A DNA stretch of 64,000 nucleotides, from the sequence record NC_018087.3; one strand, 5' to 3'. The position numbers and the translations under genes were made by a program. Positions within the stretch are counted from its first letter, which is position 1. The number at the start of each line of letters is the position of its first letter. Below are positions 1-8,518 of the stretch, piece after piece. The notes beneath the pieces are model-generated. The model saw only the letters and a list, made by a program, of their open reading frames with translations. It was not told the DNA's origin and did no database searches. Source of the stretch: Acinetobacter phage ZZ1.

Positions 1-539
1 GAAGCGCATTCAAATAACTTGCAATATAACCCAATTGGAGACATTTTACCATTTAAAATAGTATATTCAATTTCACCCGCATCATCAGCAGCTTGTAAAT
101 CACGATTTAATGTAAATGTTTTACCAATTCCAGGCGCACCAGAAATAATCAATGAGCGAATTGATTTATTAATAATGCCTTTAGTCATCATATCCATAAC
201 TGAAAAACGCTTATTAATACGAGCACGCATTTCTTCAGCAGTTTCTGATGGTGCAACAGGAGTAGGTGCTGCAACTGCTTTGAAAGTATTTGTCATACGA
301 GCAACAGGTTCAGCATTAACTGCTTGATAAATTTTGTTAAACTGAATTTGTTCGCTTAATTCAAAATTACCTAAATCAACCCAAACGCCTTGCACTTTAC
401 CATCGATTTCAACAAAAAACTTAACATCGCCTTTTGCGTAATGTGGTTTTGTTTCAGGATACCAATTATTAACAACTTCATACGTGCCTGAAACATATTT
501 GCCACGTAAGATGCCGTTTGTAATAGTAACTGTTGCCAT
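1..539 (-). CDS. P-loop NTPase (Walker A ISGAPGIGKT), 5' part of gene; extends beyond window start
   Basis: Minus-strand ORF from ATG at 539 running off the window edge. Translation MATVTITNG...IISGAPGIGKTFTL contains a canonical Walker A. The listed + ORF 19..327 is antisense to it. Confidence 0.55.
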   Translation of the reverse strand, partial: MATVTITNGILRGKYVSGTYEVVNNWYPETKPHYAKGDVKFFVEIDGKVQGVWVDLGNFELSEQIQFNKIYQAVNAEPVARMTNTFKAVAAPTPVAPSETAEEMRARINKRFSVMDMMTKGIINKSIRSLIISGAPGIGKTFTLNRDLQAADDAGEIEYTILNGKMSPIGLYCKLFECA

Positions 540-584
540 GATAATTTACTCAGTGTTTGTTCATTTGATGTAGTTATTATACAG

Positions 585-618
585 AAAAGCCCAGGCAATG
601 TAAACTGCCTGGGCGATA
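585..618 (-). terminator. intrinsic terminator downstream of minus gene 650..943
   Basis: 9-bp GC-rich stem gcccaggca/tgcctgggc followed by a T-run on the minus-strand transcript. Confidence 0.5.
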
Positions 619-649
619 AAAAGTTAAATATTTACGTATATTTTTACCA

Positions 650-943
650 TTACATTGTCCCTAATCCAACAATAATTAATAATGCAGCAACTAAACCTAA
701 CCAATTTATCATTGAACTTAATTTAGTAATTGCAGTGTATTTTGGTGGTGCATAATTTGGATATGTACGTGGCAATTGAAAATATAAATCTGTTTTCAAT
801 CGAGTACAAGGGGCTTCGCCCTGGTGTTTACCCAAATCAATCCAAAGTGTTTGAACCGATCCATTATAACGAATCGATTTGATTTTACCGAATCGACATT
901 TGCGCCATACGAATACGGTTTGGTTTTCTTTAAATTTACTCAT
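650..943 (-). CDS. small tail-anchored membrane protein (C-terminal TM helix)
   Basis: 97-aa ORF with a hydrophobic C-terminus NWLGLVAALLIIVGLGTM. Confidence 0.45.
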   Translation of the reverse strand: MSKFKENQTVFVWRKCRFGKIKSIRYNGSVQTLWIDLGKHQGEAPCTRLKTDLYFQLPRTYPNYAPPKYTAITKLSSMINWLGLVAALLIIVGLGTM

Positions 944-1938
944 TTCAATTTGTACTCCAATTTAATTTGTTCAAGATATACGTCTTCAATAAATTTATCC
1001 CAAAATTTGGTGTCAACTTCTGCGGGCATACCATTTTTAGATGCTTCAATTGCTAAACGATCAACATCTGAAATTGTATCTTCTAAAATTTCAGATACTT
1101 CTTTGAAACTCAATTTACCGAGTTTAATGTCTAAAAGTAATTTTGCATCTTTTAATGGATATTGTAAATCGCCAGTTTTGTATATTTCTTGCAACTGGAA
1201 TCCACCTCGAATCGCATGATGCATAGATTTCCAATCAACACCTTGATTTAATTCAGCTTGACGCGCACGTGCGCCATATTTTTCCCATTGCTTTTTAATT
1301 GCAGATACAAATGATGCAAGTGATACTGTTAATTGATGCTTTGCACCTAATACTTCATAAAATACTTGACCTGTATCTTCATTTGTTACTGTAAAGCAAT
1401 ATTCATTTTGTGGAAGTTTATCAATTACACGATCTAATGTAAAAGACTTCCAACCATACGGCGAAGGTCGATCATATCCAACTTCTTCTTTTGATACAAT
1501 TTCCCATACTTCTCGCAGTGCTGCCATACGAGTGCCTTTAATACCATATTTTGATGCTTGCTTTTTAACATAGCCCAAATACGCTTTCATATCAGTAGTA
1601 TAGAAACGATGACGATTATTATAAATGAAATCCCATGGTTCCATATAGTCATAATCAATAATATGTTGTGTATTAGAATGCAACATATCTAATGCAATTG
1701 TTTCACCTTTAACCGCCATTGCAATAAACTGTTTTAAAGAATACATTTCTTCGTCAACATCATTTGCAGTATTTTTAACATTATCGCCTGCGGTATTATT
1801 TAAATAATGTTCAACAGGATTACCTAAGATCAAGTCTCGAGCACCTGGAATAAAAATACCTTTGATATCTGTATCACTTTCAGGTGTTTGTGTCCCATAT
1901 AAAGCAGAACCAAACACAGTCTTCATAATTAAACGCAT
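940..1938 (-). CDS. Pol-beta superfamily nucleotidyltransferase (GS-x10-SDxD motif)
   Basis: 332-aa ORF. N-terminal FGSALYGTQTPESDTDIKGIF matches the minimal nucleotidyltransferase (NTase) signature hG[GS]x9-13Dh[DE]h, as in OAS, CD-NTase, Cid1 and KNTase-type folds. Confidence 0.55.
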   Translation of the reverse strand: MRLIMKTVFGSALYGTQTPESDTDIKGIFIPGARDLILGNPVEHYLNNTAGDNVKNTANDVDEEMYSLKQFIAMAVKGETIALDMLHSNTQHIIDYDYMEPWDFIYNNRHRFYTTDMKAYLGYVKKQASKYGIKGTRMAALREVWEIVSKEEVGYDRPSPYGWKSFTLDRVIDKLPQNEYCFTVTNEDTGQVFYEVLGAKHQLTVSLASFVSAIKKQWEKYGARARQAELNQGVDWKSMHHAIRGGFQLQEIYKTGDLQYPLKDAKLLLDIKLGKLSFKEVSEILEDTISDVDRLAIEASKNGMPAEVDTKFWDKFIEDVYLEQIKLEYKLK

Positions 1939-2007
1939 ATTATCTTACTCATTAAAAACACAAAAACATGATACTGTAAATTATATTAAATGTACACCCT
2001 ATAAATG

Positions 2008-2038
2008 AAAAAAGAGGAAAATAAATTTCCTCTTTTTA
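2008..2038 (-). terminator. intrinsic terminator (agaggaaa/tttcctct hairpin flanked by A/T runs)
   Basis: inverted repeat with a T-run on the minus transcript, after the 2040..2345 gene. Confidence 0.5.
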
Positions 2039-2039
2039 A

Positions 2040-2345
2040 TTAAATTGAAATACGAATATTAGCTCGCCAAACACCTGAAGAGTATTCAACACGGAATGGC
2101 AATTCATCACTAAACACTAATTCACCCGTAAATGGTCTAGATTTAACAGTTTTAATTGTTTTATCCGGCCAAATAAATTTCGCAACAGGTACTTTAAAAA
2201 ATGAGTCCATTTCAACTTCAGCACGAAATTGTACTCGCTCACCTTCTACCCAATAATAATTGGTGTGTTTTAGATCAATTATTGGTAATTCAGACATTTT
2301 AATCCTTAAATGTAATTTTTGGACAAATTTTAGAGTGCTTTGCAT
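2040..2345 (-). CDS. hypothetical protein
   Basis: 101-aa ORF. Confidence 0.4.
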   Translation of the reverse strand: MQSTLKFVQKLHLRIKMSELPIIDLKHTNYYWVEGERVQFRAEVEMDSFFKVPVAKFIWPDKTIKTVKSRPFTGELVFSDELPFRVEYSSGVWRANIRISI

Positions 2346-2778
2346 GCAAATATTTAATTACAATATTATCAGATTGTTTAATTGTATCTGTAATAGAAGC
2401 ACTACCTTTATTTAGCCACCATTTATGAATAATATGTAATACTAAAAACATACCACATACAATTCCAAAAGCTGCAGCACAAGCAAATGCAATGCCTAAG
2501 GCGCCCAAAATTGCTAAAACCGGATACCAACCCCAATGATTAAGATGTTGAGATTGATCAAAAAATAAATTTAATGCATATTTTTGTTCAAGCCCTGCAG
2601 CCATACCTAAACCTACTGCTGAACATATAAACACACCAAATACAACTAATGCTATAATAACTAGCAATCGCCATGTTAATGCACGAATATATGGACATAA
2701 ATTTTCCGGAACTGGTTTAAATGAAGGCAAAAACGTTTTAATAAGTGAATAATGCCATGATGTTTTACTAATATTCAT
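2299..2778 (-). CDS. membrane protein (two hydrophobic helices)
   Basis: 159-aa ORF with two long hydrophobic segments. Confidence 0.45.
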   Translation of the reverse strand: MNISKTSWHYSLIKTFLPSFKPVPENLCPYIRALTWRLLVIIALVVFGVFICSAVGLGMAAGLEQKYALNLFFDQSQHLNHWGWYPVLAILGALGIAFACAAAFGIVCGMFLVLHIIHKWWLNKGSASITDTIKQSDNIVIKYLHAKHSKICPKITFKD

Positions 2779-2783
2779 AATAA

Positions 2784-3050
2784 TTACCTCAATTGCGAAT
2801 CTTTACATCCGCGTCTATTAACATATGATAACACTTGTTTATCATAAACGGCTTGACAATTTATACAATATTGTACACCTTTTACGGCGAGTCGTCTACC
2901 CAATGGAATCACCGCGTCACAATCTTCGCATAATTCATTTGATTCTCTTTTCGATGCCAACTCTAGTTCAAGACGTGCCCAATCTACTGCATCATCAATA
3001 GTGGCTTGATTAGTTTCAAAAACACCATCATTTGGGCCCCAGCCGTTCAT
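2784..3050 (-). CDS. DksA/TraR-family C4 zinc-finger protein
   Basis: 88 aa with CEDCDAVIP...CINCQ, a four-Cys DksA/TraR-type finger. Confidence 0.6.
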   Translation of the reverse strand: MNGWGPNDGVFETNQATIDDAVDWARLELELASKRESNELCEDCDAVIPLGRRLAVKGVQYCINCQAVYDKQVLSYVNRRGCKDSQLR

Positions 3051-3082
3051 AATAAATTACTCATCACTATAAAGTAAGAATA

Positions 3083-3385
3083 TTATAATGAAGTTTTAAT
3101 TATTTGTACACTCTTTTTAGGTTTAATTTCAACATTTTTCTCCTTTACGTATTGTTTACCTGTATTATACCCAGCCACCGAACAATTTTGGGTACATTCG
3201 TTAGAAGACCATTTTGCTTGCAAAAAAGAATAGAAACGTTCTGATTCTGCTTTGCTAGGTTTTTTAAATTGCGAATAAACTTCTAGGGCACCTTCGACAA
3301 AGTTATTAAACTCTTTGTCATTTGCTTGTGCCGCAGAAGACATTAGACATAGTATAAATGCACACAATAATAAAATAGATTTCAT
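3083..3385 (-). CDS. small secreted protein (signal peptide)
   Basis: N-terminus MKSILLLCAFILCLMSSAAQA. Confidence 0.5.
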   Translation of the reverse strand: MKSILLLCAFILCLMSSAAQANDKEFNNFVEGALEVYSQFKKPSKAESERFYSFLQAKWSSNECTQNCSVAGYNTGKQYVKEKNVEIKPKKSVQIIKTSL

Positions 3386-3681
3386 TGATACTCTCCTCTA
3401 TGAGGGTTCAACTGCAAGCATGTACTCATAAATCTTTGATCAAAATTATTATAAATCCATGCTAATTTTACAACATTATTGCGGTCAACAGTAGATTCAT
3501 AATCCGATCTAATGCCCCGTAAAATTTTACGATTTGGGCAAAGCTGTGAGTTGTATACCCTATAAGAAAACGCTAAAGAGTCCACTTCGCGTTCATATGT
3601 TTTTGTTTTTATTGTAGGAATGTTATAAATCCCAATTCCAATTGCTGTTATTACAACAAGTGATAATGTAATTTTTTTCAT
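3382..3681 (-). CDS. small exported or membrane-anchored protein
   Basis: N-terminus MKKITLSLVVITAIGIGIY. Confidence 0.45.
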   Translation of the reverse strand: MKKITLSLVVITAIGIGIYNIPTIKTKTYEREVDSLAFSYRVYNSQLCPNRKILRGIRSDYESTVDRNNVVKLAWIYNNFDQRFMSTCLQLNPHRGEYQ

Positions 3682-4112
3682 TATTTTTGCTCTGGCAATG
3701 GCCCTGCATTTTCAAATTTATATGTAACATGCTCATTTGCAGTGTCCCAAACTCGAAAAAACATTGGACGTTTACAATCTATGAATAGATTGTCCATCTG
3801 ATCCCTAGATGGGATGTCTATAAGTGAAGTACCTGAAATAGCCCCGGTGGTATTAATACCACATGTACGCATATTAAAAATACCGTAACGTACTACTTGT
3901 CTAACTCCCTTTGAATTGATAAATGATATACCAAAGTTATCACTATCTCTATCATATACAATTTCAGCAAAGGGCATTAATACGGCTGTTGGCTTAGACT
4001 GATCTATTTTTGTGCCATATATTGCATATAATGATGGGGTTAATTGTTCCCAGGCAAAAACGCCTGGGCTTACTAAGAAAAGTAGGCTAAGTAAAACAGC
4101 CTTTATTTTCAT
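3681..4112 (-). CDS. small secreted protein (signal peptide)
   Basis: N-terminus MKIKAVLLSLLFLVSPGVFA. Confidence 0.5.
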   Translation of the reverse strand: MKIKAVLLSLLFLVSPGVFAWEQLTPSLYAIYGTKIDQSKPTAVLMPFAEIVYDRDSDNFGISFINSKGVRQVVRYGIFNMRTCGINTTGAISGTSLIDIPSRDQMDNLFIDCKRPMFFRVWDTANEHVTYKFENAGPLPEQK

Positions 4113-4438
4113 CTGTCTAAAAGTCCTGTAATGTATTTTAACATTAATTGGTTTCTATAAGTATCACAAATTTTTCTGTCTTCTGCATGTTCACAGAAAG
4201 TTTGTAATGTTTTAGCTTTCCGATTAATTAATGTTCCGATTGAAGCCGGGTCTCTTTCATTTAAACCGAGATAATACATCCCATCTAATTGAATTGAGAC
4301 CAGATCTGAACATTCTTTATCAATCGAACAAACCATACTTGCAGCTTTTGATGTTTGTTTATCCGATGCCGTATTTTGAGCATACACAGGCATTGAAATA
4401 ATCATGCAGAACACTGCAATTATGTTGATAAGTTTCAT
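4109..4438 (-). CDS. small secreted protein (signal peptide)
   Basis: N-terminus MKLINIIAVFCMIISMPVYAQN. Confidence 0.5.
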   Translation of the reverse strand: MKLINIIAVFCMIISMPVYAQNTASDKQTSKAASMVCSIDKECSDLVSIQLDGMYYLGLNERDPASIGTLINRKAKTLQTFCEHAEDRKICDTYRNQLMLKYITGLLDR

Positions 4439-4962
4439 TATTCAACCTTTAAAATGTTGTTGTCTTTAAGATAATTTGCTTTCTTGATTACACTACGGGA
4501 ATAACCCGCACCTTTGTGCGTAGCCCAGCCTGCATTATAAGACGCTAAAGCCTTTTCTAAATTGCCATTGTGTGTTTTTAACCAATACTGCATTTCTACT
4601 CTTGCCCAATGGGCCGAGGTATTATGATTTTGGAGTTCTTTCGTGATTTGAGCCCGAGATTTATTTACTCCATCTTTAGCCATTCTAGACTTTACTGTCG
4701 TGACCAAGTTTTGATATTGACCGGCAGCATGTTTGCCTGTTCCGCAGTTGATTCCCGCGCTGGTCTCTTGCCACATAACTGCGGCCATGATGTACCCAAA
4801 ATCAACTCGTGAACCGTTAAATTTTAATGGTTTTGAATGACCATAATGATATGCCTTTTGCATATTTTTAATTTGTTGTGGGCTAAAATCTGGTTTAGCC
4901 GCATGCAACATGGGCGAAATTGCTAATGCTAACATTAGTAAAAAATACTTAAAATACTTCAT
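4438..4962 (-). CDS. lytic transglycosylase-like (SLT family) protein with cleavable signal peptide
   Basis: 174 aa. Signal peptide MKYFKYFLLMLALAISPMLHA. SLT-like motifs W-Q-E-T-S (catalytic Glu-Ser), GQYQN and ASYNAGW. Confidence 0.55.
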   Translation of the reverse strand: MKYFKYFLLMLALAISPMLHAAKPDFSPQQIKNMQKAYHYGHSKPLKFNGSRVDFGYIMAAVMWQETSAGINCGTGKHAAGQYQNLVTTVKSRMAKDGVNKSRAQITKELQNHNTSAHWARVEMQYWLKTHNGNLEKALASYNAGWATHKGAGYSRSVIKKANYLKDNNILKVE

Positions 4963-5075
4963 AGGAATCTCCTGCTCGTTTGAGCTTGTTTCATTTACGC
5001 TATGCGCATCCTTCTTAATGATAGGTTAAATGTATTTAATACAATATAGGGTTAAATATTGTATCACACCATAAT

Positions 5076-5110
5076 AAAAAAGGGAACTAATTTGTTCCCT
5101 TTTTTTCTTT
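5076..5110. terminator. bidirectional intrinsic terminator (agggaac/gttccct hairpin between A- and T-runs)
   Basis: perfect 7-bp stem flanked by AAAAA and TTTTTTT. Confidence 0.5.
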
Positions 5111-5527
5111 TGCCTTTCGGCGTCCTTCCAACATACGAGTGTGCCAAAATTTATAAAATTCTGGGTCTTGCAATTTCTCTTGGAGGACTTGTGACGCTTT
5201 AATATTGCGTTCACGAATTAATTCAGTTGAATTGGTGGCATTTACATAATCGAACCCACCAAGGCCACCTAATTTAATGTTATATGAGTTCGGATTTGAG
5301 ACCAAATCGGCATCGACTAACTCCTTTTCGTGTTCATACATTGCGTCTTGGGTATCGTGATATTTTATAATTTCTTTTGTGAAATTATGAATACCATATT
5401 TTTTAATTGCCCGTTTAATAATTGTACCTGAGCCCATATAACCATCATCTAAATTGGATGTTTTATGAGCCCCGATATAAAAATGACCATTAACGTTGTT
5501 AGTGATCTTGTATGTGTAATAAAACAT
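5087..5527 (-). CDS. GIY-YIG homing endonuclease (Seg-like)
   Basis: N-terminus YYTYKITNNVNGHFYIGAH carries a GIY-YIG motif. 146 aa. T-even phages carry seg genes in this region. Confidence 0.65.
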   Translation of the reverse strand: MFYYTYKITNNVNGHFYIGAHKTSNLDDGYMGSGTIIKRAIKKYGIHNFTKEIIKYHDTQDAMYEHEKELVDADLVSNPNSYNIKLGGLGGFDYVNATNSTELIRERNIKASQVLQEKLQDPEFYKFWHTRMLEGRRKAKEKKGTN

Positions 5528-5577
5528 CTTTCCACTTTACAAAACCTTAATAATAGTATTTATAAAGTGGAATGGTC

Positions 5578-5925
5578 TTATTTCATACGTTTGGTTCCAT
5601 TTTTCTTAATATAATGTATTACTTCAGTTCGATATTTAGATTTAACCCGATCTGTAACGTCTTTGCCATTACTATTAATAATACGCCACATTTCATTTTG
5701 TTTAACATACGCAAACCCAAAACGATTATGCATGGTTTCACGAGAAACAGCTAAAAATAAGCTTACCATATCAAATCCGTATTGAATTGAACTTTGAGGT
5801 GAATCCTCTTGGATTTTAAACCAATATTTTGCCAAGCGAGTTGTACTTCGATTTGAGTCAAAATACGACCAGGCGCAAAGACATAATAAAAGTACAAAAG
5901 CTGAAATTAAAATACATGCTACCAT
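5578..5925 (-). CDS. membrane protein (N-terminal TM)
   Basis: N-terminus MVACILISAFVLLLCLCAWSYF. Confidence 0.4.
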   Translation of the reverse strand: MVACILISAFVLLLCLCAWSYFDSNRSTTRLAKYWFKIQEDSPQSSIQYGFDMVSLFLAVSRETMHNRFGFAYVKQNEMWRIINSNGKDVTDRVKSKYRTEVIHYIKKNGTKRMK

Positions 5926-5926
5926 A

Positions 5927-6187
5927 TCATTCTCCCAATGATGCCAACCATTCTTGATGGTTTATTTCTGATTGAATTGCGATTGCTTCAGATAAAAGTT
6001 CTTTTATTTCATCTACATCCGCATTATCTTCCCCTGTTACCCAAAAAGTACTCACGCAACCAAGTTCTGTGCCAAGTTCTTTTATTACATTAATTACAGT
6101 GCTTACGTTATTATCAAAATATGGAATGAGATAGTTGTAATGATCTGTTGATTCGGTAACTAAATGTATTGCTACAAATAATTTCAT
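5927..6187 (-). CDS. hypothetical protein
   Basis: 86-aa ORF, tightly packed with neighbours. Confidence 0.4.
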   Translation of the reverse strand: MKLFVAIHLVTESTDHYNYLIPYFDNNVSTVINVIKELGTELGCVSTFWVTGEDNADVDEIKELLSEAIAIQSEINHQEWLASLGE

Positions 6188-6648
6188 TAGGTTATCTCCA
6201 TTAATGACAGCATACGATAATCGCGCTGAATGTCAAATAAGAACATACCACTCAATGAACTAATAGTACCATGATGTTCTAAAATACCTATAGATACTTT
6301 TAGATCGCGCAAATTTATATATTTTACTAAGTATCGACCATATGCAATTGATTTCATTGATTCTTTATCAAAACTCTTAGGCATATTAAAAATAGTCTGT
6401 TCACCTAATTCAATGTTAAATTGACAGTTATATTCAGCAATAACTTCTTTAATATACCATCTATATATTTTGAACCCATCTACAACAAATTCAATATCAG
6501 TATTTTTAACTGTAACCTGGGCTGAAACAATTTCATTCGCTTGTTCATGAGTATCATCAAATACAATTTTAAAAGATACTCCTGGTACTTTTAAAAGATT
6601 TGAAATTTTCCACCAATCACTTGGTGATATTGATGTTTTAATAACCAT
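6187..6648 (-). CDS. hypothetical protein
   Basis: 153-aa ORF. Confidence 0.4.
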   Translation of the reverse strand: MVIKTSISPSDWWKISNLLKVPGVSFKIVFDDTHEQANEIVSAQVTVKNTDIEFVVDGFKIYRWYIKEVIAEYNCQFNIELGEQTIFNMPKSFDKESMKSIAYGRYLVKYINLRDLKVSIGILEHHGTISSLSGMFLFDIQRDYRMLSLMEIT

Positions 6649-6835
6649 TCCATAATCCCGATAAGCTTAAACATAAACACGTACAACCTATAATAAATGG
6701 TATCGGTTTAAATTTATATGTCGACTGTGTACAAAAAATATACAAACCGTCAATTATTAAAGATAGGCCTACAAAACAACCTATAATATAACCTAATACA
6801 TTTACATCCATAATTACATCGCCTTTAATGCGCAA
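6638..6835 (-). CDS. small membrane protein
   Basis: 65 aa, two hydrophobic stretches. Confidence 0.35.
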   Translation of the reverse strand: MRIKGDVIMDVNVLGYIIGCFVGLSLIIDGLYIFCTQSTYKFKPIPFIIGCTCLCLSLSGLWNGY

Positions 6836-7437
6836 AAGTCTACAGCTTCAACAAACTCTTTGTCATTTTTAATTTCAATATTTGCTGCAGCACATGCTGG
6901 TAACGCTTTTTGAAATGCAGGATCATCTCTATATGATTTATCTTCGCCGGCAATAGCAGGTAATTCGTTTTCAAAATCATCGACATCATTAAACCCTGCA
7001 ATCTCAGACTCATTTAATTCGAGACCTACATTTTCACGTGGCAATTGAACTCGATCTTTTTCAGGAATAATCGGATAAGGTTTTAATGTTTCATCAACAC
7101 ATTTTTCAACTTTAACTTGATACTCTTGTAATACAGTTGCGCCGTAATCACTAGACATATCAATATTTTTCAGTAAGTTTTCAAATTTAGAATTACATAC
7201 GGCAATAGCTTTAAATGCAATTGAACCATATAATTCTGCGGCTTTATATTCGGCTTCAGTTTCAAGAGAAAAATTTGTATTAACAGTTGTATGCTCTTGA
7301 AGATTTTTTACACCATATTGCATTTCGTTAACAGTAGGAGCTACTGTAGCTTCTTTATGTGTACTACATCCAACTAAGCTTAAAGATGCGATTGAAATAG
7401 CTAAAAGTAATTTGTTCATGATTATCTCACAATACAT
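6814..7437 (-). CDS. lipoprotein (lipobox LVGC)
   Basis: N-terminus MNKLLLAISIASLSLVGCST. Confidence 0.5.
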   Translation of the reverse strand: MYCEIIMNKLLLAISIASLSLVGCSTHKEATVAPTVNEMQYGVKNLQEHTTVNTNFSLETEAEYKAAELYGSIAFKAIAVCNSKFENLLKNIDMSSDYGATVLQEYQVKVEKCVDETLKPYPIIPEKDRVQLPRENVGLELNESEIAGFNDVDDFENELPAIAGEDKSYRDDPAFQKALPACAAANIEIKNDKEFVEAVDFCALKAM

Positions 7438-7544
7438 TTATTCATTCATTGGTGCTATTATATAAGCAAAAAATTAAAAGCGTACATATATCAAATGTAA
7501 ACTTTTGTAACTGAAAAATAATTCAATTATTTTTCAATAAAGGG

Positions 7545-7573
7545 TTTACAAGTCGGTTGAACTGAGCCATAAT
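7545..7573 (+). promoter_or_regulatory. sigma70/T4-early-type promoter (-35 TTTACA, 17-bp spacer, -10 CATAAT)
   Basis: gtttaca-N17-cataat lies 34 bp upstream of the 7607 start. Confidence 0.45.
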
Positions 7574-7606
7574 ACACTCATACCAACACAACATGAGTAA
7601 ATTGAA

Positions 7607-8026
7607 ATGAAAAACTTATTTTTAGTAATGACTGCAAACTTCGAAGTTTCTTATGTATCTACTGCACCGGTTGCAGATAATGGAGCTGAAATTGTTGTAC
7701 GTCAAGATATTCTTAAACATCTTAGTGTTACACAATTGGTTCAAATCGCTAAAAGCATGAACCCTGAATTAAAAGTTAATAATAAACAAGCGCGTGAAAT
7801 CATTCTCACTGCTATTGATGAAGAAATTGTTAAAATCCCAGTTAAATCGACTGAAACTAAAACAGTATCTTCTAAATCAATTTGTTATGCGGCATTTGAT
7901 TTAATCGATATGGATAATAAAGAAGTTGCACGTTCTACTGTTGAAGCTTTGATTACAGAGCACAATATTCCAAAACGTGTTGTTCAATCTTATGCATCAA
8001 ACTATCGTAAAGCTAAACGCGCATAA
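7607..8026 (+). CDS. hypothetical protein (early-type promoter upstream)
   Basis: 139-aa ORF followed by a terminator. Confidence 0.45.
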   Translation: MKNLFLVMTANFEVSYVSTAPVADNGAEIVVRQDILKHLSVTQLVQIAKSMNPELKVNNKQAREIILTAIDEEIVKIPVKSTETKTVSSKSICYAAFDLIDMDNKEVARSTVEALITEHNIPKRVVQSYASNYRKAKRA

Positions 8027-8043
8027 AATTTAAGTATGAAAAA

Positions 8044-8068
8044 ACCCGCAAATTGCGGGTTTTCTTTT
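8044..8068 (+). terminator. intrinsic terminator
   Basis: hairpin acccgca-aat-tgcgggt followed by TTTCTTTT. Confidence 0.55.
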
Positions 8069-8161
8069 ATTTGGCGGAAAGCAGTGTAGTCGAAACACAA
8101 CCGATTTAACGGTCCACTCGGTTAGCAGTCGGTGCCAATGACCTCATTGATTTACTTTCCA

Positions 8162-8392
8162 TTATTGAATTACTGCAGTAGGTGTATAAAAATTAGATAA
8201 TACACTTAAAATCTTATCTAATTCAACTAATGCATGATATCGATTTTTATAAACTGATCTATGTTCGGTACATTCAACTTTGATACCAGTTGAAATATGA
8301 GTAACTCGAACACCTCTATCGGGCGTATTAACCCAATTACTATGTTTGCCTACTCTAAATGTATCAATTCTAATATCAGAAGGTAGTAGCAT
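8162..8392 (-). CDS. class-I release factor domain-3 (GGQ domain) homolog with GGQ replaced by HSN
   Basis: 76 aa MLLPSDIRIDTFRVGKHSNWVNTPDRGVRVTHISTGIKVECTEHRSVYKNRYHALVEL. It aligns with the RF1 block [69 protein letters not shown], ERS and KN are conserved, but the catalytic GGQ is absent. An RBS GAGG sits 8 nt upstream. Confidence 0.6.
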   Translation of the reverse strand: MLLPSDIRIDTFRVGKHSNWVNTPDRGVRVTHISTGIKVECTEHRSVYKNRYHALVELDKILSVLSNFYTPTAVIQ

Positions 8393-8413
8393 TTTAATTT
8401 CCTCATTTAAAAA

Positions 8414-8512
8414 TACGAGCGGGAATCGAACCCGCTAGCGCCGTATGGTCTTACGCGAACCATTCTTTCAATGGAATCGAACCATCTGCAGCCTCCGCCG
8501 GCACCTTCCACC
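8414..8512 (-). ncRNA. aberrant tRNA-like element (possible pseudo-tRNA)
   Basis: Two minus-strand T-arm-like motifs (gcggg-aatcgaa-cccgc and ggaatcgaacc). No consistent acceptor or anticodon stem could be folded by eye. Confidence 0.3.
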
Positions 8513-8518
8513 AAGGTA

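Noticed and set aside
19-327. 102-aa plus-strand ORF at the window start
   Set aside because: Antisense to the minus-strand P-loop NTPase gene (1..539). That gene has a Walker A motif and better coding character. The track ORF 371..598 is likewise an alternative frame of the same locus.
8470-8487. Second T-arm-like motif ggaatcgaacc as evidence of an additional tRNA
   Set aside because: No acceptor stem partner exists. The tRNA body would have to extend 13 nt or more into the 3' end of CDS 8519..8968. It was folded into the single aberrant tRNA-like element instead.
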